Below are positions 40,450-48,858 of a stretch of DNA of 64,000 nt, piece by piece. Both the position numbers and the translations under genes were made by a program. The DNA comes from an uncultured Desulfobulbia bacterium (GTDB taxonomy: Bacteria; Desulfobacterota; Desulfobulbia; Desulfobulbales; SURF-16), in the NCBI GenBank assembly GCA_964653055.1, contig CAZZCA010000008.1, positions 5,371 to 69,370 of the forward strand, given 5' to 3'. Positions within the stretch are counted from its first letter, which is position 1, and each line of letters starts with the position of its first letter. The notes beneath the pieces were generated by a model that ran no database searches, was not told where the DNA came from, and was given only the letters and a program-made list of their open reading frames with translations.

Positions 40450-40464
40450 ATAGCTTTCTATATT
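40436..40464 (+). promoter_or_regulatory. Sigma70 promoter of tRNA-Leu
   Basis: TTGACA-17 nt-TATATT, ending 14 nt before the tRNA. Confidence 0.7.
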
Positions 40465-40478
40465 CCACACCACATCAT

Positions 40479-40565
40479 GCCGGAGTGGTGAAATTGGTAG
40501 ACGCACGGGATTCAAAATCCCGCGGATGTACGTCCGTGTCGGTTCGATTCCGACCTCCGGCACCA
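40479..40565 (+). tRNA. tRNA-Leu(CAA), 87 nt, long variable arm, encoded CCA
   Basis: GCCGGAG acceptor stem; D-loop TGGTAGAC; anticodon arm CGGGA-TTCAAAA-TCCCG; T-arm GTCGG-TTCGATT-CCGAC; 3' CTCCGGCACCA. Confidence 0.97.
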
Positions 40566-40595
40566 TATAATCCAATATCATCTGATATTGTCTAT

Positions 40596-40630
40596 AAACC
40601 CTGTCAGCCGTAAGGCTTGCAGGGTTTTTT
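40596..40630. terminator. Terminator after tRNA-Leu
   Basis: AAACCCTG-tcAGCC-GTAA-GGCTtg-CAGGGTTTTTT (GNRA loop, U-tract). Confidence 0.8.
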
Positions 40631-40710
40631 AATTCTGGATCAGCCGAAGGATGAGCTGGGGGTAGTAGGTGATTAGGGCCAAGAGGAGCGAGCAGGCCGA
40701 GGAGGGGCAG
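40629..40710 (-). pseudogene. Degenerate remnant of the dctM 3' end (left island boundary repeat)
   Basis: 68/84 aligned columns identical to 48952-49035, with a 2-nt deletion; encodes LPLLGLL/LLLALITYYPQLILRLIQN* versus DctM LPFLGLLLLTLALITYCPQLSLWLVQK*. Confidence 0.8.
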
Positions 40711-40779
40711 CCCGGCAGAACATTTAGATGGTGTATAGAATTAGTCAGGAGAAGGCTTCTCGGTATTGTTTCCTGTTTT

Positions 40780-42108
40780 TTACCAGCGCCGATACAAATC
40801 TGCCAATTTTTTAATTGGCATTCCGCAGAGCAACCCAAGGATCATAAGCTGATTAATCATGGTGGTACGGAATATGCCAAGCCGTTGCCAGCGCCGAGCC
40901 GATGTTATGGCTTCCCGGGGAAGGGTTATTATTCTGCCCCGACACCGGAGGCGGTGCACAAGCTCAAGATCCTCCATAATAGGCATGGTGGCAAAACCGC
41001 CCACCTCCTCAAACATTCTTTTTTTCATAAACAGTCCCTGATCACCATAGGGATATTTCAATTTTGTCGAACGAAAATTTGCCACCCACTCAACTACCCG
41101 CATTGGCAGCCTGGAATCATTTGTTTTAAAACGAAAGGCCCCTGCTACAGTGGCAGGATTATCCAGGGCATGGATGATCATATTGGCGTATCCGGCTGGC
41201 AGGATTGTGTCGGCGTGCAAAAACAGCAGGATCTGCCCTTGGGCAACACTTGCCCCCCTGTTTAATTGAGCAGCACGGCCCTGGCTAACCTTCAAGATCG
41301 TGGCCCCGCTCTTCAATGCTATTTCCCGAGAATTGTCATGACTGCCTCCATCCACCACAATGACTTCAATATTTTCGGCCCGGTTTATTTGTTTCAGGGT
41401 TGCACCAAGTACCGGCGCCTCATTCAAAGTGGGGATAATAACTGATATAACGGCATTGGAATCAAATATATCTTTATAGTGGGAATTGGAACGGATCATA
41501 TCCAAATCATTTGGCCTGTCCACATCACTTAAAATCGGCAATTCTGCCAAGCGGAGATCAAGCCCTTTGACCTTCTTCCTGGTTTGTTCAAAAACCTGCT
41601 CTGTTCCCCAGTCAATTTCTTTAAATAAGTCCTGGTGTGCGGACTTCATTCCAATAAGGTAATATCCACCATCAGCCGCAGGACCAAGGACAACATCGTT
41701 TTTATTCAAACCCTCCCGGGCACGGGAAATAATATCTGCGGTCAGCCCTGGAATGTCAGTGCCAATGATGATGGTCGCGCCTGTAGCCTCATTTTCCCGG
41801 GTGACCGTTTCGATTGCCCGCTGCATTCGCTGACCAATAGTGCCTGATGGTTGTGATCTGTAATGCAGGTCATGGCCCAGCCAGGCGCGGAAGTCTTTAA
41901 GGGGGGCCCCTGTGCAATATACCGTAACGAGTATGTTTTTTTTGCCGAACTCATTGCGAAAAGACCTGGCAACTCCCACAATGTATTCAGTCATGCGTCT
42001 ATGCAGCTGAGCTGCTTTTTCAGCCCCGAGCGCCGGGATCAATCGGGTTTTTGCCTTTCCTGCCTCCGGAAAACGACAAAAAATCAGTAATCGGCAATTT
42101 AGAGTCAT
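40780..42108 (-). CDS. Fused glycosyltransferase pair: TIGR04282-type (DUF2064/CofC-like) plus TIGR04283-type (GT2)
   Basis: N-half PEAGKAKTRL, IGTDIP, VLGPAADGGYYLIG, SDVDRPNDL; C-half ISVIIPTLNEA, VVDGGSHD, GRAAQLNRGA, LFLHADT, YGDQGLF, PIMED, TSARRW. Confidence 0.88.
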   Translation of the reverse strand: MTLNCRLLIFCRFPEAGKAKTRLIPALGAEKAAQLHRRMTEYIVGVARSFRNEFGKKNILVTVYCTGAPLKDFRAWLGHDLHYRSQPSGTIGQRMQRAIETVTRENEATGATIIIGTDIPGLTADIISRAREGLNKNDVVLGPAADGGYYLIGMKSAHQDLFKEIDWGTEQVFEQTRKKVKGLDLRLAELPILSDVDRPNDLDMIRSNSHYKDIFDSNAVISVIIPTLNEAPVLGATLKQINRAENIEVIVVDGGSHDNSREIALKSGATILKVSQGRAAQLNRGASVAQGQILLFLHADTILPAGYANMIIHALDNPATVAGAFRFKTNDSRLPMRVVEWVANFRSTKLKYPYGDQGLFMKKRMFEEVGGFATMPIMEDLELVHRLRCRGRIITLPREAITSARRWQRLGIFRTTMINQLMILGLLCGMPIKKLADLYRRW

Positions 42109-42212
42109 CGTTGTAATCCAGACATTTTCGAGATCGATTGTCCAATTTGTTCATCACTATAATAGGCCATCTGTGATGGTGGTGAGATCAGGTTTCTTTG
42201 ATAAATAAAGAC

Positions 42213-44054
42213 TTATGGTTTTTGCTTAGACAGTAAAGGTATCGAGGACACTCCGGCTATTAGCAGGACCCCGACGAAAAACTCAGGGGTAAGATTTCCC
42301 TGCAGGACTTCCAGTAGAGAACTTGAGAAAACAATATAGGCTATGCAGGCTGGCAGCATACAGATAAAAGAGCTTATTGCGTAATGGCTGAACTTAACCT
42401 TGGTAAGTCCAAAAGCGTAGTTAAGGAGGTTAAAAGGAAAAAGAGGGATCAGTCGGGTAAAGGCGACTGCTTTCCAGCCATGTCTCTCAACCATGGTGTC
42501 TAGTTGTTGCAATTTCGAGCTGCGCAGTTTTTCTTCTATCCAGGACCTACCGATGTAGCGGGAGATGAGGAAGGCAATACAGGCTCCGACGGTAGCGCCG
42601 CTGATGCTGTATATTACGCCCCATAATGGCCCGAACAGGATGCCGCCGATAATGGTGAACGGCAGTCCTGGAAGTAAAAGTGCTGGAGCCGCAGCATAGG
42701 TCAGCATGAAGATAAGAGGAGCCAGTGCTCCATAACCCTGGATTAGCGATTGTAGTTTCTCTTGATCAAGGTAGTGGCTCATCCCGCTCAGGTGGGCTGT
42801 TGCCAGTGCAATGATAAATGTAATCAGGGTCAGCAGCCGTGGCATATTTATTCGCGGTTTCTTGTCTTCCCCGGTAAAGGTCCTAATCCGGCTGGTGGTA
42901 GGATGTATTTTCTTTTTAAAATGGCGTTTCAACTGCAGGCGGTTGAGGTATGTCCAGGGGGCTTTAGAGCTTTTTGTCTTGCCGGCAAGAGTTGCCTCAG
43001 GGGCAAAAAGTAGATCAAGGATGTGACTGGTTGGTGTGATTGAACCCAAAAAGTTAACACAGCCGGCGCAATAGGTAAGAATCAGTCTGCCATTGGCTTC
43101 TTCTTTTCGCCGTCTTCCCCAGACCTTTGCCAAATCATCATTAACACACCCTACAGACCCTCCTTCGCCACAGCAAAGAGTTTTGAGACTATGGTGTTCC
43201 ATCTCTTTAATCGTTAATGATTTTTCCATGGCTATTTTGCGGATAGCCGCATGAATATGCGTATCATTTCTGGTGCTGCATGGGTCGTGTATAGTGATCT
43301 CTGCTGGAATATCTGCTTTTGCCGGCAGTGATGTTTCCGCCAGATATTCGTATACTGTTTTAACATTAAGGTTATTTCCATATTGCTTGAAGACCCGGTA
43401 GCAGTTAGGACAGGCCACCAGGATATTTTCTACCCCATGCTGTAACAGGTATTCTTTCATTTCACCAAACATGGCATGGAAATGTTTTTCTCTGCCAAGG
43501 TCATGGGATGGTTTGGTGCAACAGTCCAGAACTATTCCGAGATCTGGCAGAGTGGTCTGCAGGTGATCGAAGAGAGATTTGACCCTGCCCGGCCTGGTCC
43601 CGGGAAGTGCACACCCCGGGAAAAGGATGGTGTCGCAGTTTTTCGGGAGGGCGTAGTAGGAATAATGCCTGGAGGCCCCCCGTTTCTCATAACCCAGGAT
43701 AGTGTTATAGGCGGAAAAATCCTCTATTCCCACGGCAACAGCCTCCTGCCGCATTGCCAGAAAGAGTGCTGCCGGGTTCAGTCCGATTTTAGGCGGACAG
43801 CTGTTTGCGCATAGGCCGCAGAGGCTGCATTCAAAGGCAAGCCCTGGGGTGTCCAGGGAAAAACTGGCGGCAATGGCCTTTGGAGAGCCATTTTTTTGGA
43901 GAAAGGAGCATTCTTTTTGACAGAGTCCGCATTCGATACATTTGTCGACATGACACGCAAGTTCTTTCTGAATAGTGAGGCTTTGTGGTGAATACGATGT
44001 TTCAGGCATGATATGTCCGGGCAAAGAGAAAGCTGTATTTATGGCAGGGTCCAA
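42213..44054 (-). CDS. Fe-S/CCG-domain oxidoreductase (HdrD/GlpC-like) fused to a C-terminal DedA/TVP38 (VTT) membrane domain
   Basis: CIECGLCQKEC and CSLCGLCANSCP ferredoxin motifs; PGC, CCTKP, ACPNC, HDPCS, CCGEGG, YCAGC; C-terminal LPGLPFTIIGGILFG...RLIPLFPFNLLNYAFG. Start may be ATG 44009. Confidence 0.88.
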   Translation of the reverse strand: MDPAINTAFSLPGHIMPETSYSPQSLTIQKELACHVDKCIECGLCQKECSFLQKNGSPKAIAASFSLDTPGLAFECSLCGLCANSCPPKIGLNPAALFLAMRQEAVAVGIEDFSAYNTILGYEKRGASRHYSYYALPKNCDTILFPGCALPGTRPGRVKSLFDHLQTTLPDLGIVLDCCTKPSHDLGREKHFHAMFGEMKEYLLQHGVENILVACPNCYRVFKQYGNNLNVKTVYEYLAETSLPAKADIPAEITIHDPCSTRNDTHIHAAIRKIAMEKSLTIKEMEHHSLKTLCCGEGGSVGCVNDDLAKVWGRRRKEEANGRLILTYCAGCVNFLGSITPTSHILDLLFAPEATLAGKTKSSKAPWTYLNRLQLKRHFKKKIHPTTSRIRTFTGEDKKPRINMPRLLTLITFIIALATAHLSGMSHYLDQEKLQSLIQGYGALAPLIFMLTYAAAPALLLPGLPFTIIGGILFGPLWGVIYSISGATVGACIAFLISRYIGRSWIEEKLRSSKLQQLDTMVERHGWKAVAFTRLIPLFPFNLLNYAFGLTKVKFSHYAISSFICMLPACIAYIVFSSSLLEVLQGNLTPEFFVGVLLIAGVSSIPLLSKQKP

Positions 44055-44202
44055 GTTGCCATAAATCTTGGTGTTCTCCTATTTTGTTGTTTGACTGTAA
44101 GTAAGGAGCCATGCCACATTTATTGATGTTAAAGCGGCAATTCCAATATGTAAGCATACAGGAATTGCCTTTGATAGAGCGACAATCTTATGAATACTTA
44201 AG

Positions 44203-44622
44203 TTATTTTTTGACCAACAGGTCACTATATGGCCATTTCTCCACACCGCCTCTTAAGATGGTTAGTTTCTCCTCGGGAACCCCTTGGCTCTTCATGTAAG
44301 AATAGGTTCTTTTGGCCCCGCCTCCGCCTCTGGGACAAACGACAACCACATTGTTGGCGGTGTCTTTAAAGGATTTTACGGCCACGTCGAGCTGTGCCCG
44401 CTGGGCATCTGTTTTGACGGGGTAGGCATTCGTCTCCAGGGAACCGGGAAAATGATGGGCTGTAAATTCATCTTTCACCTGGATGTCGACAATGATCATG
44501 GGCTTATTGTTTTCCAGCCATTGTTTAAACTGATTGGTCTCCAGGTAATTAAATTGCTCAAAAATAAAAGCTGCATTGAGCAGGCAGATAAGGGAAATAG
44601 CAGTAATAGTTAATTTTTTCAT
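44203..44622 (-). CDS. Secreted single-domain rhodanese
   Basis: Signal-like N-terminus MKKLTITAISLICLL; IVDIQ...HFPGS; active loop VCPRGGG; LRGGVEKW; AAGAGG RBS. Confidence 0.85.
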   Translation of the reverse strand: MKKLTITAISLICLLNAAFIFEQFNYLETNQFKQWLENNKPMIIVDIQVKDEFTAHHFPGSLETNAYPVKTDAQRAQLDVAVKSFKDTANNVVVVCPRGGGGAKRTYSYMKSQGVPEEKLTILRGGVEKWPYSDLLVKK

Positions 44623-44726
44623 GTGGTTTTCCTCTTGGTGTAGTAGTGAAATTGTCATACCATTTGAATAATTAAAAACAAGTTATCTCGTATTTTCCGA
44701 TATTGCAAATTGGAAATATCTATAGT

Positions 44727-44741
44727 ATAGCTATTAGCTAT
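44727..44741. promoter_or_regulatory. Putative LysR operator (ATAG-N7-CTAT, T-N11-A)
   Basis: ATAGCTATTAGCTAT, a near-perfect palindrome in the divergent lysR/rhodanese intergenic region. Confidence 0.55.
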
Positions 44742-44779
44742 TTGGTAATTAAATACTTGTTTTCTGGACAAGGAATCTC

Positions 44780-45691
44780 ATGGAAATCAATAAACTTGAA
44801 GCCTTCTGTAAGGTGGTTGAGCTAAAGAGTTTTACCCGGGCGGCTGAAGCGGTGTTTCTTACCCAGCCAACTGTCAGCGAACATATTCGCAGTCTTGAGC
44901 AGGAGCTTGGAGAAAAACTCCTGGACAGGATGGGACGAGTTGTGGAACCGACTCCGGTGGGGCGTTTATTTTATGGATATGCCCGTAAAATTCTTAAAAC
45001 CCGGAATGAGGCCAAGGAGGCGGTGGCACAGTTCAGTGGCAATCTGGTCGGTAGTATTCTGGCTGGTTGCAGTACCATACCTGGAACGTATTTACTCCCG
45101 GAATTGATTGGCGGATTTCGTGCCCGTTACCCTTCCATTAAAACGACTCTGCATATAAGTAGTTCGCGAATTATTGCTGGAAAGGTGTTGGAGGGTGAGT
45201 TGGATTTTGGGGTGGTTGGGGCCAAATGGCGGGAAAGTGGCCTGAACTGGGCCCAGATGTTTCATGATGAGTTGATTCTGGCCGTACATCCTGATCATCC
45301 GTGGGCGATGGACGGCAAGCCGGTGCCATTGGCCAGAGTTATGCAGGAACCTTTTATTCTGCGTGAGACTGAATCCGGCACCAGGAAAGTATTTTCCCTG
45401 ATTCTTGCCGAAAACGGGCTGAAGGAAAACGATCTTCGCGAAGTTGCTGAAATAGGCTCCACTGCAGCAATTAAAGAAGCGGTCAAGGCAGGAATCGGAA
45501 TCTCTATTCTATCCCGGTGTGCTCTTAAGGATGATATTAACTGTGGCCGAATTGCGGCTGTAAATATTCACAGTCAGACACTGGAACGGTCATTTTACCT
45601 GGTGCAGCGTAAAAATAGAGAGCTTTCCCCTGTTGCTTCGGTGTTTTTGGAATATCTCCGGGATAATGCAGAGTCGGTTGGTGTAATTTAG
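44780..45691 (+). CDS. LysR-family transcriptional regulator (resembles the CysL / selenium-metabolism-associated subfamily)
   Basis: HTH FCKVVELKSFTRAAEAVFLTQPTVSEHIRSLE; GCSTIPG; RETESGTRK; IKEAVKAGIGIS. Confidence 0.93.
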   Translation: MEINKLEAFCKVVELKSFTRAAEAVFLTQPTVSEHIRSLEQELGEKLLDRMGRVVEPTPVGRLFYGYARKILKTRNEAKEAVAQFSGNLVGSILAGCSTIPGTYLLPELIGGFRARYPSIKTTLHISSSRIIAGKVLEGELDFGVVGAKWRESGLNWAQMFHDELILAVHPDHPWAMDGKPVPLARVMQEPFILRETESGTRKVFSLILAENGLKENDLREVAEIGSTAAIKEAVKAGIGISILSRCALKDDINCGRIAAVNIHSQTLERSFYLVQRKNRELSPVASVFLEYLRDNAESVGVI

Positions 45692-48600
45692 TCTTGATTC
45701 TTGAGTTTTATGTTATGCGTTGAAAAAGTTTTTTCCCGATTAGACCACAGGGGGCATTTCTGGTGAATACAATCCGAATTTTTTGGGTATTGATTACAGA
45801 CAGGCTTAGAGTCAGCGATTAAGTCAAGGCCCATCTCCCGGCTGATCAATGCCGCCTCCTGTAGGGTGGCAACCGATTCCCGCAGACAGCAACGGGCCCC
45901 TGTCACCTCAGATAGCTTGAGCAAGATCCGACCAACTGCCCCCATGGCCAACTGTCGCCCCTCGGGTGTCATCGGAGTACTCTGGAGAATTATGGCAAAG
46001 CCAATTCCTGCCCCTACAGCCGCCCCGCAATTGCCCATAAAGCCACAGGAGCCCCCTGGCACTCTGGCTCCGCGAGCCAGGGCAAGATCCACCATTTCGT
46101 TCTTGTCGATTCCTTGACTATTAGCAAAGGCGGCAACCATAACCGCTGGAACCAGTAAATGGTGTTCTGGACCATGCATGGGAACAGCCGGATGACTGCG
46201 AATTTTAGTTAACAACGATAAAATATCACTTTCAGTACTTCTTGAGCAGATATGCCTTATCACCTCAGCACCTTCCTGCTGGTGACATGAGTCACAGACA
46301 AAATGACCACCCTTACACAAGACAGAGGCCCCTGTCGAAGATCCGCAATAATGACAGACAGTATCTTTTTCCTGCCATCCATAAACAAGTTCTTGACCAC
46401 AGACCATACAACCGGATGTTAAGTGAGGAAGAGATTCAGGAGCAGGTGAGATTTTTTCCTGGTTTTTAAGCATGGCCAATGGAAATGGCTGGGGATCGCT
46501 CTTGTTACCGGTACAAGCACAGCCACCGGCCATGTCCTGATTACTGACTGCGCCCTGTTTATCAAGTACCCATAATGATGTGTTATCCTCATGGGGGTTC
46601 ATACCCCTGGTCAGCGTGGTGCGCTTACCTTTGAGCAGGAATTGACCATCTTCTCGATAAAGGCCGCCATGGGGGCCAGGATAAATAACCTCGAGTTCAT
46701 CTTGCTCGAAGGCCTGCTTGAAGGCTACAAAGGTAAGAGAATAGAAATCGACTCCCCCAAGTTGGCGATAAGGGAATCGTTTAAGCAAGGAGATATCTCT
46801 GAAACCGGACGCCTGAAGCATGGCCACAAGTTTTTCCTGCTCCATAGCGCCGCCAAGACATTCTCCCCGCAGTTTATGGTTAACCATTATTGATATCGGC
46901 AAGGGACCATCGGTTACTATATCTGAAACCACCAATCGCCCTCCTGGTTTTAAAATTCGGAAGGCCTCTGCCATGGTCTGCCGTTTATCAGCGCTGAGGT
47001 TAATCACACAATTTGAGATTACTGCATCTGCCATCTGATCAGCCAAGGGGATGGCCTCGAGAAAACCTTTGCAGAAATTAACATTATCATAACCGAGACG
47101 TGCAACTACATCTCTTTTGGAATCAGCTGCAAGGTCCAGCATGTCATCGGTCATGTCAATTCCAATTACCCGGCCTTTTCCACCCACCGCGTCAGCGGCC
47201 ATAAAACACTCCACTCCGGAGCCACTGCCCAGATCAACCACAACCTCACCAGTCTCTGGTGCGGCATCATCCACCGGGCTGCCACATCCGTAAGAGCGCT
47301 TACGGCTAACCTCAGGGATATAGCCGGCATCTTGCTGGCTGCCAGCAAAAGGGTTGATTATTTCTTTATTGTCCTTTCTTGCGGCCTGGGCATAAAAATC
47401 ACCCACCAACGACCGGTCTGCGCCACCAGTTAAGGATATCAGACAATTGCAATGAGTAAGGCTTACCCCGGTCTGATCCTCATCGGCAGAAGGGCAATCA
47501 TGACGAACATCGCCCATGCGCAGAATTATCTCTGGAGTTTCCGGCTGATTGCAGTTAGCTGCCTGTCGACTGATCAGGTAGAGGCATATTTTATTATAAA
47601 GTTCAAGGTAGGGATCATGGCCAACCAATTCGCCGGCCTGGATAAAACTATGGTCATGATCACCGCCACCGGTAAGAAAACGGAAAGGATCATCAGCCGT
47701 CCGGGAGTGATCGAGAAGGCTTGCCCGCCGAACCTTATAACTGATTTTGCTATTACGCCATACTTCAGCCAACCCCTGGCTAAGATGACCCATGTTCATT
47801 TCATCTAAAGCCACCAGGGCCGGGGAAGGATAAATACAGGCATCAGGGCCAATGGCCAGGGATTGCCAGCCACTATTGCTGAGATCGTGTCTGGTTCCTC
47901 GAGGTGCCATTACCTGGGCCCGCAGGTAGTCAAAATTGTCAATTATTACTCCCAGTTTGCCGGCAACCTGATGGGCCTTTAGCAGGTTATTGAAAATTTG
48001 CTCAGGAGCAACAAATCTGCTGTCATCGCCTTTACCGCGTTTGAAATACCAGAGGTAGTGAATATTCTTGACTCCCATTTCGGCGGCTACCAGGGTCAAG
48101 GTCGGCAAATCATTTACATTATCACGTTGAACAACGGTGGAAAGGGTTACAGCAAAACCTTCAGCCTGTAACAAATTGACTGAATTAATTAATTTCTGGT
48201 AGGTACCTTTGCCTCGAATAAGGTCATGCCCTTTTTCAAGACCGTCCATACTTAGCTGGAGGTGAAAACGCTTACGGGGCAGGCGGCGCAGATCATCAAG
48301 GTGACGGGGGACAGCCATGCCATTTGTTAATACCACAACATGGAGTTTGGGGTTTGCGGCAAGCAGGTCAGCTAATCGGGGTAACAGGCCAGGGTAGACC
48401 AATGGCTCACCACCGGTAAAGATAAGAAGCTCAAGACCAAGTTCAAGGGCTTGCTTGATTGCCAAATCAAGATATTCCTGGGGAAGATGATCAGCCTGGG
48501 CCGGTGAACTGCTGAAAAGGCAGTGACAGCAGGACAGGTCACAGGCATTGGTCAGGTGAATCCACAACTCCCTTAACCTGGTAAGGGTCAGATGCTTAAA

Positions 48601-48858
48601 TCGTCCCTGATAATGAGCAATGGCCCCGGGATCAATGAGCAGACGAAGACGTTCAAGATGAAAGTCCGGCGATGACTCATCAACAGAATAACCCTGTATA
48701 ACTCTGTCTGCTGATGCTGATGGCACAAACCAGTCCGGAACATCTGGGTTAAGGTAAATGGGGCAGCCGGCAAATTCATAGCGTTGCCAATTAGTATTTT
48801 TAATGGTCCAATTTGTCATAGTTAAGAATTCCCTACTATATAATAACTCTGGATTCAA
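45688..48858 (-). CDS. Radical SAM / degenerate SPASM + ArsM-like As(III) methyltransferase + DUF5714 fusion (start may be ATG 48819)
   Basis: CDLSCCHC (C106-C110-C113), FTGGEP; MTase SYGCGSP, VDLGSGSG, IGIDMT, ISNCVINL, GECLGGA; Cys-rich C-terminus CMVCG...CHYCG...HGPEHH...GSCGFMGNCGAA...RCC. Confidence 0.85.
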   Translation of the reverse strand: MNPELLYSREFLTMTNWTIKNTNWQRYEFAGCPIYLNPDVPDWFVPSASADRVIQGYSVDESSPDFHLERLRLLIDPGAIAHYQGRFKHLTLTRLRELWIHLTNACDLSCCHCLFSSSPAQADHLPQEYLDLAIKQALELGLELLIFTGGEPLVYPGLLPRLADLLAANPKLHVVVLTNGMAVPRHLDDLRRLPRKRFHLQLSMDGLEKGHDLIRGKGTYQKLINSVNLLQAEGFAVTLSTVVQRDNVNDLPTLTLVAAEMGVKNIHYLWYFKRGKGDDSRFVAPEQIFNNLLKAHQVAGKLGVIIDNFDYLRAQVMAPRGTRHDLSNSGWQSLAIGPDACIYPSPALVALDEMNMGHLSQGLAEVWRNSKISYKVRRASLLDHSRTADDPFRFLTGGGDHDHSFIQAGELVGHDPYLELYNKICLYLISRQAANCNQPETPEIILRMGDVRHDCPSADEDQTGVSLTHCNCLISLTGGADRSLVGDFYAQAARKDNKEIINPFAGSQQDAGYIPEVSRKRSYGCGSPVDDAAPETGEVVVDLGSGSGVECFMAADAVGGKGRVIGIDMTDDMLDLAADSKRDVVARLGYDNVNFCKGFLEAIPLADQMADAVISNCVINLSADKRQTMAEAFRILKPGGRLVVSDIVTDGPLPISIMVNHKLRGECLGGAMEQEKLVAMLQASGFRDISLLKRFPYRQLGGVDFYSLTFVAFKQAFEQDELEVIYPGPHGGLYREDGQFLLKGKRTTLTRGMNPHEDNTSLWVLDKQGAVSNQDMAGGCACTGNKSDPQPFPLAMLKNQEKISPAPESLPHLTSGCMVCGQELVYGWQEKDTVCHYCGSSTGASVLCKGGHFVCDSCHQQEGAEVIRHICSRSTESDILSLLTKIRSHPAVPMHGPEHHLLVPAVMVAAFANSQGIDKNEMVDLALARGARVPGGSCGFMGNCGAAVGAGIGFAIILQSTPMTPEGRQLAMGAVGRILLKLSEVTGARCCLRESVATLQEAALISREMGLDLIADSKPVCNQYPKNSDCIHQKCPLWSNREKTFSTHNIKLKNQD

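Noticed and set aside
40545-40565. tRNA-Leu 3' end as the island attachment site
   Set aside because: No second copy of the tRNA 3' end was found near 48900-49000; the repeat that exists is the dctM tail.
40629-40838. 69-aa minus-strand ORF as a real gene
   Set aside because: Its C-terminus is the decayed dctM tail and the rest is an alternative frame overlapping the GT gene end; no RBS. Treated as a remnant.
44039-44062. Mini-ORF MATWTLP* overlapping the Fe-S/DedA gene start (possible leader peptide or frameshift)
   Set aside because: The SD is about 13 nt away and the peptide shows no similarity to anything recognisable; insufficient evidence.
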